A DNA stretch of 64,000 nt. It comes from Gnetum montanum (taxonomy: Eukaryota; Plantae; Gnetophyta). Below are positions 39,029-52,584 of the stretch, piece by piece (positions within the stretch are counted from its first letter, which is position 1; every line of letters begins with the position of its first letter). Both the position numbers and the translations under genes were made by a program. The DNA lies in assembly GCA_015680685.1 (NCBI GenBank), contig MNCI01001268.1:294640-358639 (forward strand), given 5' to 3'. A model generated the notes under the pieces. That model was not told the DNA's origin. It made no database searches and saw only the letters and a program-made list of their open reading frames with translations.

Positions 39029-42000
39029 ATGCCACACTTACATGTAAAATACGTTGTGCAAGATCATGACTTGAGAGAATACCATCCCATAGAGGCACAA
39101 TGTCAAAGGGACTTGCAACAGGAGAGACATCATAAGTCTTTGAAGGGTAAGTGGTCCCAGGATGCCCCACATGTCTTAAGCGAAAATGAGGGTGGTGAAC
39201 CTACCTTAGGCATTCGGCCACATAACGATGTTCCTCCCCTTGACTTTGGCTAAGGGGTTGTGTATCAGAACCTTCATTCCACTATTCATAACCCAGGTTT
39301 TGATACCCAAGAGCACAAAGGGTCTGAAAAAGGGACACGAACTCATGATAAAGGTGGACATTCTGATCGCAATTGCGATTAAGGTCGAGACCGCAGAAGA
39401 GAAGGTAGTAGACATTGTTATGGTGACGATTCTCCTTCTCCTTCACCTTCATCATCTCCTTCAATATCTGGACATGGTCATAAAGAAAAAGACCATGGGG
39501 ATAAAGGTAGGAAAAGTGAAAGTCATAGACGAAACAGCCAGGAAAGGGGACGAGGGCACTCTAGAGAGTCACGACATAGAAGAAGGGAGAGTAGGGAACG
39601 ACGTAGGCATCATAGACACCATGGATGAGATGATCACGATGAACCCCTACTCGCTACTCAAAGTATGTTAGACATAACTGAGGCTATTAGAATTCCAACA
39701 AGGCACCAGAAAGATAGTAGGATCAAGAGATTAGATATGAACAATATCCCACAATTTGAAGGGGGATATAATGTTGATCCTCAAAATCACTTACAAGCAT
39801 TCCATGGCATGTGTGCCTTATAAAACATAGAGAACGAATGGAAAAAACTTAAATTGTTCCCACAAACACTGGTTAAAGAAGCAGAAAGCTGGTATTGGTC
39901 CTTAGAACTGGAAGCTATTCGTAGATGGAGTACTATGTTAGAATTATTCAATGATAAGTACCAAAAATACTCCCAAGTGTCCAACTTGTGAAAGAAAATC
40001 CAAGGCTAGAAACAACGAGGACATGAACCCTTGGATGCTACCATGGGACAATACTATACACTATTACATCATTGTCCTGGCCATGGTATTCGCAAAGGGA
40101 TCAACTGCACCATCTCATAGATGGGATTAGGCATGAAATAAGAAGAACCCTTGTTACTTATGCCCAAGGAAGACTATCTGAGCTTAGGTCCCATGAAATC
40201 TAAATATTTTTGGAGCAAGTTGCTAAGGAAGAAGGTGAGCTATGGAAGAGAGAAAGTGCGGAAGAGTATAACCAAGATCCTTCCCTCTGGAAGAGAGGAG
40301 TAAGATTTTGTGAGGATGAAGAAGAGTCACCACTCAAAGAGATGGTGAATAGGAAAAATTTTCCTATCCAAAAGATGACATCAAAAGTTTCAAAAAAGGT
40401 ATACCAAATGTGGGATTCCCTAGACAATAGATTTCAAAATGTTCTTAAAATAGTAGAGGAGTCTAGAGAGCAAGGTAGTGATCGCAAAAAAATAAAAAAG
40501 AGAGAAGCTGAATATGCACATAGCAAGGGTAAGGGAAAAATTTCCATCATTCAAGAGGTTGTGAAGTTGGAAACAGACAATGATAGTGGATGAAAGATAT
40601 GTCAATATGACCATCCTAAAGGATGTTACCCTATAATCTCACATCTACAGGAGTCTAGGGTGTATGCACTCAACCCATGATTGAACAAACGGCAAGCACC
40701 CTAAAGGTTACCTTATCCTCAAGGTAACCCAAGATAGTTACACCAACACTTAACGTATTATCCCAGTGGAACTCCACCACAACCAATAGAGCAATATCAA
40801 TAGTGGTAGCATCCATAATCATGGGGAATGCCACCACCAAGGCAACAGTATCCTTATTGGTAACCTGACTTTTATGGATATTATGTGCAGTAGTCAATCT
40901 CCCCACGTGACTCTACTAGTCACGTCACTCCTCAACCTCATTACCAAGCTTGTGAGTATTATGGGACTCCCTCTTCTAGAGGCGATATTTTGCAAGCATA
41001 TTATCCTTATCATTTGATGACATCTCTTCCACCAATAGCTCCACTACCACCTGCTCTTGCAATGCAAGGAGAAATCCCTACCCAGCCGCAACAAGGTAAC
41101 ACCACAAGGGCTATTAACTCTCAACCTACTATTGGTTCATGAAGAAAAGATCCTTCTTTAGAACCAACAGTCCAACCAAGCCTTTGCAATCACAAGTGGC
41201 TAATTCCTTAAATTCCTTAGTATCAATCAAAACTTTGGAGCCTCCTTCAACTCAACCACCACACTCAACACATACGGTCACGCTAACACATGCTGTCACC
41301 AATTGGATCAAAGCTAGCCATCTTCCCAGAAAATTATTTGATCTTGGGAGTCCTCTGATATATTTACAAATTTTTGGAAATGAACCATGCAAGGCTCTTT
41401 TAGATTCAGGTTTTGATGTCAAATTGATTTCTCAAGAAATGTACAAGGCCTAGAACCTGCCTCCATTGAAAAAGAGCAACATTCATCTAGAGTGGGTTGA
41501 CCAGTCCATCACTGTCCTGTTGGAACTAGTGGAGGACATTGTTACCATTGTTTGGTAGTGGTCGTACCCAGCTAATTTCCTAGTGATTTAGGTGAACAAT
41601 AATAAGTGGGATTTCCCAATCATAATGGGAAGAGCATGGTTAAGCACCATCAATGCATGCATAGGAATCTACAATCTTTCCCTAGAAATATCAAAGGAAA
41701 ATACATTTAAAAAGATCAAGAAGAAGAAAGTTCCATGCATCGCATATAGTGACACAGGGTGTAATTACGTGCAGAGGTCATGGTTTATGAAAAGTTTAGC
41801 ATTGCCTGCATGCAATCAGTGTGCACATGTGATTAACATACAAAAATGCCTATATGCAGCAGCCACACGATAGGAAGACACCCAGTGGCTAACAACTGAT
41901 CAAGAAAGTAGTTCACTCATATGCATGGAACCAACTAAGGGTTTGACTTATGCTTACATCGATAGCATAGACGCATTAGAGCAATTCCACCGCCAACTTC

Positions 42001-44993
42001 CAAGTATTAACCTTGAAAATATCAACTGGGGGAAGTTGGAAATCCCTAAGAAATTTAAGTAGGAGCCCCTCGAGCTAAAACCATTGCCCACCTGTATGGA
42101 ATACACATTCCTTAAAAATGGAAAACTAGTAATCATCAATGCTAAGTTTGCTCCTCAACAGAAAGAAGAACTGCTAAAGGTAATAAATAAATGGTCAAAA
42201 GCCTTCACTTGGTCATATCTCGAATTAACTAGAATAGATCCTAGGATATGCCAACATAGAATTTACATTGATCTCTCCATGAAGCCTCGAAGACAACTAC
42301 AAAGGTGATTGAACCCTAAGCTGAAGCAAGTAGTTAAGGAAGAAATTGAACAACTTCTCAAGGCTAGGTTTATATACCCCATTGTTGGTAGTGAATGGGT
42401 TAGCCCCTTAGTTTTTGTGCCTAAAAAGGGAGGCAAATGGAGGATGTGCATAGATTTCAGGCTACTAAATATGGCAACATTCAAAGATCACTTTCCATTT
42501 CCATTTGTTGACCAAGTCTTAGACACCATCGAAGGTCATCACTATTACAGTTTTATGGATGGATATAGAGGATATAACCAAATGAAAATAGCCCTAGAAG
42601 ACCAACCCAAGACTACGTTCACCAGTCCTTGGGGAATTTTTGCATACAAATAGATGCCATTTGGCTTGTGCAATGCCCTTGCAACATTTCAATGACTAGT
42701 TCTAAGCATATTCCAACAACAGATAGGGAATGGTGTGGAGGTATTTATGGACAACTTCTCCACTTATGGAGCAAACTTTAATCAAGCCTTGGACCAGTTG
42801 GAGAAAGTGTTAAAAAGATGTGTAGAAATCAATTTGAGGCTCAACTGGCAGAAAATCCATTTAATGGTCCAAGAAGGCATAACACTAGGGCACAAAATCT
42901 CACACATAGGGATAGAGGTAGACCTTGAGAAAATCAAAGTTATCTAAGGAATTACCCATTAACCAAAAACTGTCAAAGATATTCAGTCATTACTTGGACA
43001 CACTAGCTACTATAGGAGATTTATTGAGAACTTTTCAAAGGTTGTCAAACCATTTGTGGAATTAATGAAAAAGGACATACCTTTCGAATGGACCAAAGAA
43101 TGCAAACTAGCTTTCCAAAATTTAAAGTAGAAGCTAGTAGAAATAGCCATTCTACAAGCTCCTGATTAGTCCAAACCATTCCATATCATGACTAATGCAT
43201 CCAACTATGCCTTAGGATTTGGACTTACATAGTTAGATGACCAGAAGCATCCTTATTACATCCACTATGCAAGAAGAAGTATTGCTGGTGCACAACTTAA
43301 CTACACTACCACAGAGAAAGAATTAATGTCTATAGTGTTTGCACTAGAAAATTTTAGACACTATGTATTAGGAGATAAAGTATATGTACATACAGATCAA
43401 AGTGCAATCTGGTTCCTCATAAATAAGCCAATGGTAAGCCCTCATATCATACGATGACTTGTAATCTTACAAGAGTTTGATCTTACGATGATCGATTGTA
43501 AAGGCATCAAGAACGTAGTTGCTGATCATTTATGTTAGTTGTGATGGGACAAAAAAGAGAATGAGTATCCAATTTCTAATTATTTCCTAGATGAATTCCT
43601 CTTTACTGATGTAGTGAATAATCAATCACCCATGGAGACAAACTAGTACAGTAGCATTCTTACCTATCTCCTTACCTAACAAATACCACAAGAGTTAAAC
43701 CTTAAGAAGAAACAACAGTTTCTTCACCAAGCCAAGTACTTTATGGAAATCAATGGATAACTTTACAAAGTGTGTTCTGATGGCTTGGTTCGATGGTGTG
43801 TTCCTGATATAGATCAATTGTGAGTTCTTTAAGAAACTCATGAGGGTCCTTATGGGGGTCATTACACTAGGGGATAAACGACCATCAAGATCTTACTTGT
43901 AGGATATTATTGGCCTACATTATTTTGGGACACCAATCGTTTTGTCCAATCTTGTGAGCGCTGTCAGCATGATGGGGGAATGATTGCTAGAATGAATAGT
44001 GTGCAACAATGGATCCAACCGATAAAACCCTTTGACATTTGGGGAATGGATTTTATGGGGCCAATTACACCAATGTCTAATGGAAAATCTTATATTATTG
44101 TTGTTGTTGATTACCTAACAAAATGGGTAGAAGAAGCTACTGTTAAGGATTGTACATCATCTACAGCTGCATGATTTGTTCAATAACAAATCATAAATAG
44201 GTTTGGTGTGTCGTGTGCAGTTATTTTAGACAATGGTACGCACTTCACAAGTGCAAATTTTTGGAAATTAATGCAATGCATAGGGATTGAACACAAATTG
44301 ACAACACCATACCAACCCCAAGCAAACGGTCAAGTTGGAGTCACCAATAAGGAGATTATGAAAATATTGACAAGAACTATTAGCAAGTTTAGGTGAGACT
44401 GGAGCACTAAACTGAACGATGCTCTTTGGGCATACCGCTCCACATGGAAACTCCCTATAGGCTACTCTCCCTATGAGTTAGTGTACGGTAAATTACCAAT
44501 GCTTCCCATTCAAACTAAGCTTCGTACACTATCCACATCATGTAACCTCAACCTTGACCTTGACCTAGCATAGAAAAAATGGTTAGTAACCCTTAATTTG
44601 CTAGATGAAAATCGACTAGCTACCCTGTCATCTAACGAATTGCACAAGGCATTCAATAAGAAACATCATGACCTAAGGATTAGGAAAGCTAAATATCAAC
44701 CAAAAGATAAGGTTCTCTACTAGAATCCCACACATATGCCACAATGTACTAAATTTCAAACACTGTGGGAAGGACCTTATACTATTTATGCAACTTTTCC
44801 TTTAGGGCCCATGGCAATATACAAACATGAGAGCCCAAATAAGAAATTTTTGATGAACGTGCAACAAATGAAACCTTTTCATGAGCTTAGGACAACCAGT
44901 ACAAATGCTACCTCTGTTAGTGGACAACCTTGCTCACTATTTCAGATCTCCTCCTTCCAACTCAGTCGTGGGGGAGATGGCTACCTATGCTAA
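39029..44993 (+). pseudogene. gag-pol of the Athila-like element (multiple stops and frameshifts)
   Basis: Gag CPGHG, protease KALLDSG, RT WVSPLVFVPKKGGKWRMCIDFR / FMDGYRGYNQ / EVFMDNFS, RH NYTTTEKEL, IN H-H-C-C, WGMDFMGP and QANGQV. Confidence 0.92.
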
Positions 44994-45496
44994 CCATTCT
45001 AGGCCCTCAGTTCTTTTTGAATTTTTGTTTTACACATTTTTTTTCACACATTTTTGTTTTACACATTTTTCCAACTTTTTTTATTTTTTTTTACACCATC
45101 GTTCATATTTTTACTATTTGTTTGATTTCTTGATTTACTTTTATTCGTCATGCAATAAGTGCTCATGATGATGGATTGAATTAGATGATATTGATTGCTA
45201 ATGTTTGGTTTTTACCTTTGAATTATAATGCTGATATTAAGGTATGGTTCTTTTGGTAAAATATGCAATGAGTCCACGCCATCCACTCATCCACAACTCT
45301 ATGGTCTCCTTTGGCTTGGAACTATACAGTCCCCTTTTTCTAAGTAAACTTGTTAATGAATTGGTGGCTAGGTACTTTTCAAACCAACGAAAGACTCAAA
45401 GGATGAAAAGGGTGTGGCTTCAAGGGGATTTGATGCATTTGTGCTAGCCATTCTCTTGGGTTCTTGGATGCTTTTTCTTAGGTTTTCCGCCATTCT

Positions 45497-45735
45497 NNNN
45501 NNNNNNNNNNNNNNNNNNNNNNNNNNNNNNNNNNNNNNNNNNNNNNNNNNNNNNNNNNNNNNNNNNNNNNNNNNNNNNNNNNNNNNNNNNNNNNNNNNNN
45601 NNNNNNNNNNNNNNNNNNNNNNNNNNNNNNNNNNNNNNNNNNNNNNNNNNNNNNNNNNNNNNNNNNNNNNNNNNNNNNNNNNNNNNNNNNNNNNNNNNNN
45701 NNNNNNNNNNNNNNNNNNNNNNNNNNNNNNNNNNN
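45497..45735. other. Assembly gap (239 N)
   Basis: Run of N. Confidence 1.
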
Positions 45736-47713
45736 AGTCTGTTTCTAGGTTGATGCATTGTTTTTCTTTGGTGAATTCTTGTGGGTAAGTTTTTAACTCT
45801 TGCTTCCAAATGACATTCCTAGAGCCTATGGACTCTTTAGTTTGTGGGTTTTTTAGGGCATAAAAGGCATGAGCCTGCTTTGAGGAGGACCCACTAGCAT
45901 TCCTTTTTTGGTGCAATTGTTAACTTCTTTTCCTTAAACATTTTCTACAATCAATCATTTCTTGTTTCATCCCCATCCATGACATCCATTTTATTGGCGT
46001 TGTCGTTGTTATTTTTCCCATATTTCTTATTCCTCATATTTTTTCATCTTATAGCTACCAGAGGTTCGTTCTTAGTCATGGAGGCCCTAGCACAAATTTT
46101 TCAATTTTTTCCATTTTACTATTCTCCTAACCCCTACACCTTGGGTAGTCACCAATGATAAATCTCCAAACCACTTGCTACCATATGAAGCAAGGTATCA
46201 ATTGCATTTTGGTTTATCTATCCTTGCTCATTTGTGACTGTGTTGTGTGTGCAGATGACGATCATACAAACAATGGATTGGGTTTGGAGGAAGCACTCAA
46301 GATGGACCGAAACTAGAGCATTTATGAAAGGAGCAAGTCTAGTGGCATGGCTATGGATAAATAATGGAAGGTGCAATCTCGGCATTGGCGGCAACATGCC
46401 TCATATTTTCTCTCTCTCTTTCTTTTCAAACTACCAAATAAAGGCTTGGATGTCATTTATGTACGAGTGTTCACCATAATGGTCATGAACACTAATGTTG
46501 TAATATGCTTATTGATCTGTTCACTGGACATGTTGAGTCTATCATCCCATTCCACCGTTAGTTGTCAATTAGTTAATAATCCCATACCTTCCCAATATTT
46601 TGTAGGGAACTTGAGGACAAGTTTTCATTCAGTCGTGGGGGTATGATGAGAGCGGTTACTCTAGCAGTTATTCTAATTATTAGAGTAGTTACTCTAATTA
46701 CTTGAGTGGTTACTCTAGTAGTTATTCTAATTATTAGAGTGGTTACTTTAGCAGTTATTCTAATTATTAAACTGGTTACTCTATTTATTAGAGTAGTTGC
46801 TCCCAAGCATATAAATATAGTGCCTAGGTGCATAATTAGGAAGAAGTCTTTTAGTAGTCAAGTAGTGAAACCCTTGTAGTCTGTTTGAAAGTTAGAGGAT
46901 TTTCCAAGTGCCTGTAGCAGGAGGTCTAAGTGTGGATGGATCTTTATTCAAGCATTGTGTACCTGAGCACACCTTGTGTACAACAATAAAGACGAGCTCT
47001 TTGATTCATCCTTGTAGCACTTGAGATTTTTTTTCCTACGTATTTATTTTATTTTATTTTATTATGCATTTATTTTATTTTATGCACTTTACATTTCTAT
47101 TATTAGCACATCAATTCATTTTGATCAATTAAGCAAATCGTTAAATTACACAAGCATGACCACTTCGAGCATGCATGTAACGCTTGGTAACCCAGTAACG
47201 ATTAGCGTTTGGTAATCCTAGTAGTATTGTACTAGTTCAGGATGTGTACGGCAAGTGGGAACAGATGCTGGTGTTAGGATTAGTTAGAACTTAGTTAATG
47301 AGTAGTTAAGTTAAATTAGTCACTTAGTTACCTCTCTCCTTCCCTACTAGCGCAAGACATAAAAACATAAAAGATATAAAAATCATATGCCTCAAGCTTA
47401 CTTAACCATACAATTGTGACATACAGGTAAGCTTGGGAAGACAACGATCAACCAACCAATCCTTGTTCCATAAGGGCACATAAGCACTTAGTCCTTGGAA
47501 TTCGACTAGATCGTGCGTGAAACGCTTGTATTCATATGGTTGAGTGTAGGAGGTACCTCACTGCTCATTAGAGCGTAACTAGTTTCAAGTGTAAATACAT
47601 ATTTGATTAGTAATCCTAGCAACATTATTATTTGGTTCATCCAATATCATAATGCTTGGTAATCCCAGTAGTGGGTACGTGGGTTTAGAACATGTATGAC
47701 AAGTTGGGAATGA

Positions 47714-49622
47714 ACATGATACTTATATCACATTGCATCACCTACCTTTGTCAAATTTTCAATATGCATTACAAGTTTGAGATGGGAGACATGAGGTAAT
47801 AATTTTTTCTAAGTATAGCTAGGTGACACAGATATGTGATGCAAGCCTCATATCACCTACCTTAGTTGAACTTACATTAACAAATGAAATAGAAATTTTT
47901 AAAAAATATGACTAGCTAACATAGACATGTGACACAAGCATTGCATCACCTACCTTAGTTAAATCTACAACACACATGGATATGTGATGCAAGTATCATG
48001 TCACATCACCCACATCATCAATCTATACTCTATATTCTAGTTTCCAAAACCAAACTTTAGTTATCTCCCCTTAACTTCTAGGTTGAATTTGAAAATACTA
48101 GGCCTATAAAACCAGAATTCTAGTAAGTGGTAATGTAAAATTTCAAGCAGGTTTGTGAGTAATTAGAGTTAGAATTACAGAGAAAAAAGAGAGAGAGAAA
48201 GGAAGATAGAGACATTCATTCATCACAAAAAATTCATGGATTAGAAACCAAATTGTCCTAAAAAATTTAAAAAGATCTCTCAAATTATCCATTTACTTTA
48301 CCCAAGCTAACATCATACAAGAAAAAGAACGACATGATGGCTAATTAAATGGATTTTTTGTAAGAGCTAGAGTTGGAGCTAGAGCTATTGAAGTGGCCAA
48401 GTGGAAGGAACAAGCAGAGGATGAGGAGGATGAGGCAGTCTTGCTATCAGTAAGAAATTACATGAGAGATTTAAAGTTGGTTACATTTGTCTTGTAAATG
48501 TGCGGTGGAAGAGGAAGTGTATGTTTATGTCTAACTCACCTCTGGTGTGACTTCTTTGCAACTCTCTTTTGCCAAGCTTTGCTATTGTTGTTATGTGCTT
48601 ACAACTTCATGAAATATCTCTCTACTAGTACCATCACTACTATAGTGCACACACATATGGGAAGAGGAATGAGAAGAATGCATACGTAGATCAAAGCATA
48701 GAATAATTTGAGGGGTTGGCCATTTCACATAGTATCTAATTTTGCATGCATCCTATTTGCTTTGCTTTGGAGAAAATTTTAATTATTGTGTTTTTTAGTA
48801 ATAGGAAATGTGGTTTCTTGTGAAACCAACTTTAAATCTCTCATGCATCCAACTTTAAATCTCTCATGCAGACATTTAACGACAATAAGACTACCTCATC
48901 ATCATCCTCCTCCTTTGCTTCATCCTCCCACTTGGCCACTTTACCAACTATGGCTTTGGCTCTAACTTTTGCAACAAAGCCATTTAATTAGTCATCATGT
49001 TGTTTTTTTTCTTCTTGTATGATGTCGGCTTGGGTAGAGGAGAAGGACAATTTAAGAGAGCTTTTTCAAAGTTTTGAAGACGAGTTGCCTGCTGATCCAT
49101 GGATTTTTTGTGATGAGTGAATGTCTCTATCTCTCTTTCTCTATCTCTTTTGCTCTTTGTTTGAATCTAATTGCTTGCAAACCTACTTGAAAGTTTATGT
49201 TATCACTTACTAGAATTCCAATTTATAGGCCGAGTATTTTCAAATTCAACCCTGAAGGCAAGTGGAGACAACTAAAGTTTTTTTTAATATGAAAATATAA
49301 AGTACAGATTAATGATGTGGGTGATGTGACACGACATTTGTGTCACATATCCATATGTGTGTGTGCTATAGATTTAACTAAGGTAGGTGATGTAATGCTT
49401 GTGTCACATATCCACATTAGTTGATCATACTTAGAAAAATTTTCTATTTCATTTGCTAATGTAAATTTTACTAAGGTAGGTGATATGATGCTTGCATCAC
49501 ATGTTTGGGTCACCTAGCCATACTTAGAAACATTTCTTACCTCATGTCTTCCATCTCAAACATGTGATGCATATTGAAAATTTGACTAAGGTAGGTGATG
49601 CAATGTGATACAAGTATCATGT
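47714..49622. repeat. Long inverted repeat (arms ~47714-48482 and ~48824-49622), foldback/Mutator-like
   Basis: Arms are reverse-complementary along their length, e.g. GGTTGAATTTGAAAATACT vs AGTATTTTCAAATTCAACC and CATGAGAGATTTAAAGTTGG vs CCAACTTTAAATCTCTCATG. Outer parts are built from CTAAGGTAGGTGA repeats that continue to ~50010. Confidence 0.9.
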
Positions 49623-50859
49623 CACTTGTGTAAATTTGACTAAGGTAGGTGACATTGATGTAGTGATGTGATGCTCATGTTGTGTGTTCCCATCACCTAA
49701 CTAGAGTTAGAAATTTTTTTTATTTAATGCTTCCCATCTAAAACTTGTAATGCATGTTGAAAATTTTGCTAAGGTAGGTGATGTTAACACGGTGAAACAA
49801 CATTGATGTCATATCACCTAGTCAAAGCTAGAAAAATTTAACAAATCTCACATATTATCTCATGTCTCAGGAAGCTTATTAAAACTACTCAAAATTGTTG
49901 TTTGCCACCTTGGGATTAAGTAGACTTGTCACTAAAGGTCAAGAAAAAATTGTAGGGTAAGGAGACAAGTTCAAGATGCATGCTAAAATTTTGCTAAGGG
50001 AGATGACATGATGAAATGATTTAAAACTTGCATCATGACATCTAGGTAACACTTAGTTCAAGTTATGATTCTACAAGAAGTTACCAAAATTGATGCTCAT
50101 ATGCTGAATTATGACTTAAAACATCTTTTGAGGAATTGTGGGAACTCAAAACATCATTTACAATGATGCTTTTTGGGGATTTTGATGGCTGAATTGAATG
50201 TAAAAATATTAAAGCTGCACTCATCTAGGTCACTGGAAAGTTAAAAGAGTGGGTATAACATTGTCCTCTCTTGATGGATGTTGTTAAGGAGGATCCATCA
50301 AGAAGAAGATGATTGATGTTTAATAGTGAACCTACAAAAGAAAAGTGGGAGAAAAGAAGTGGGATGAGGGAAGAATATTAAGATATCACAAACACACCAA
50401 TTATGAGGATGATGTTATGTTGTATAAGAGAGGCATTGCTAAATCCTACATACAAGATGTCCAAAAGGATGCCATTGATGATATTTTAGATGCTATTCCA
50501 CTTAAACTCTCAACCCATCCTCATTGGAATAGAACAAAATTGCTTAATCCTCACTAATGTGTTGATGAGAGAAAAAAATGAGATAGGTAGAGGAGTTAGA
50601 AGAATATTGAAGAAACATAGAGTTGTGAAATTAAATAAAAAATAAAATGAGAAAAGAAATGAGGGACATTGCCTATACACTAAGTTGAGGTGCTATGTTA
50701 CAGAAGTGGAACACAACTAGATCCCACACTTTAATGATTGTCGATGATTGATAAATCAATAAATTAGTTCTCTTCCTATCCCATTTAAACTCTACACATC
50801 TTCATATGGAGTCCCATGGTGCGAATATTATAAAAATTTTTCTGATAAATATGTTTTAG

Positions 50860-52460
50860 TAAAATCCTTTACAAACCTTTGATAGTAACTTCCAAGCCCT
50901 AATAAGCTTCTTAATTCTATTATAGTACTAGGCCTTGTCCAATCCCAAATTACTTGAGTCTTTGTTGGATTAACTATAATTAATTTTTTTGATACTATGT
51001 GACCAAGAAATTGTACTTATTTTTTCCAAAATGATTACTTAGAGGGTTGGGCATATAATTGATTTTCCTTCAAAAGTTGTAATACTTTTATTAAGTGTTC
51101 TGCATGTTCCTCCTTACTTTTAGGATATATTAGACTACATTATTTATACGAATAAGGCCTCAATACATTATTTTTTCAATGCATAAATATTGTAGAAGCA
51201 TTTTTTAATCCAAATGGTAATATAAAAAGTTCATAGTGTCCATATGTTATTCTAAATGTAGTTTTTGAGACATCTTCTTCTTTAATTCTAAGTTGATGAT
51301 ATCTAGACTTTAAATCCATTTTAGAAAATACAACCACATCCCTCAACTAATCAAATAAATCATCTACTCTGGGTAGAGGATATTTATTCTTAATAATAAC
51401 TTGGTTCAACCATCTATAATCAATGCATAGCCTTAAATTTTCATCTTTCTTTTTTCATAAATAACATTGGTAGAACCCAAGGAAAAACACTAGGTCGAAT
51501 AAGATCTTGATCTAAAAGTTGTATTTGTATCTTGAGCTTTGCTAACTCAATTGGGGACCTATGGTATGGTGCCTTAGAAATTGGTTCTATTCCTAGCTTC
51601 AGAGTGATTTCTACATCTATTTCTCTTTTTGGAGGCAACCCTGGTAACTATTTTGTAATTACATCTAGAAATTCATGTACTACTATAATATCAACTATAT
51701 CATCCTTCTTACTTTCAGTTTTGACAATAGTCATAAAATATGCATGTTCCTTCCTAAGCATTTTCATGAAATTCTTAGAGGAAATCAAATCAACTTTGAG
51801 GGATCTTCCTTTAGCTACAACTAGGATTTTTTATCCATATCCTAACTCTAATTGTATTGTCTTAGTCTTGCAATAAAGGAATCCATTATATTTACTTAGC
51901 CAATCAATTCCTAAGATAACATTGTATTCTCCCAATTTCATAATAAATAAATTTGCATCTTATTTCTTATCTTGTATTCTTAATGAAAGTTTCCTATAAA
52001 TATTCTACTTTGTACTCAATGTGTCCTACAACTTGAACATATAATGGAATTTCTAGTCTTTCAAATGGAAAATTCAATCTTTCCACTATTTGACTATTAA
52101 TAAAAGAATGACTTGCCCTAGGATCAAAAAGATAAGGATAAGATGTGCGTAAAGCATATCTTTAGTCTCCACCATAATGTTAGGTTCCTCCTTTATATCT
52201 TTCTCTAGAATATCATATATCTAACCTTGATTCATAGCTCTACCATCTCTTCCTTGATTGTTGTGAGTTTCTCGATTCTCCTAAGCCATCTTAGAATTAG
52301 TAGCAATTCCTCCTCTATTTTCTTGGACAACTCTAGGATTCAAAATCATAGGTTCTATGCCATTGTTTTGAATAATGCTCTCCTTTTAAAGTAGCTTTGG
52401 ATAGTCATAATATGACCAACTTCCTTGCAATAAAAGCAAGCATGAAATTTTGGCAAAATC
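50860..52460 (-). mobile_element. Tekay/Del-like Ty3/gypsy gag-PR-RT remnant
   Basis: CFYCKEVGH knuckle, ILFDPRASHSFI protease, PPKREIDVEITLKLGIEPISKAPY and GHYELFILPFGLKNA (RT). Confidence 0.85.
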
Positions 52461-52584
52461 TTGAAATTAAGTGATTGAATTGGTCCATTAAATCCTCGAG
52501 GCTGTTGCTAAATTAGACCATTTGTACCCATAGACTATTGCAAAAAGATATGGGAAGTAAATTGGAACTTGTAAGATTAAGACA

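Larger units (their letters stand above)
37722..47570 (+). mobile_element. Structurally complete but decayed Athila-like LTR retrotransposon (~9.85 kb)
   Basis: LTRs 37722-38628 and 46644-47570 (TGATGAG...CTCATCA/CTCATTA), TSD GAGCA/GAGCG, tRNA-Asp-type PBS, gag-PR-RT-RH-IN and PPT at 46629-46643. Confidence 0.95.
37305..47713 (+). mobile_element. Host LTR (same family as the 19183-25563 LTRs) split into 37305-37721 and 47571-47713 by the Athila insertion; right end truncated
   Basis: Starts TGATGAAGTGTC. The joined halves AATGAATTGGTGGAATGAGC|GTAACTAGTTTCAAGTGTAAA match the reverse complement of 19605-19647. Confidence 0.85.

Noticed and set aside
50100-50700. Possible transposase or host exon next to the foldback
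   Set aside because: Short ORF with no recognisable motif.
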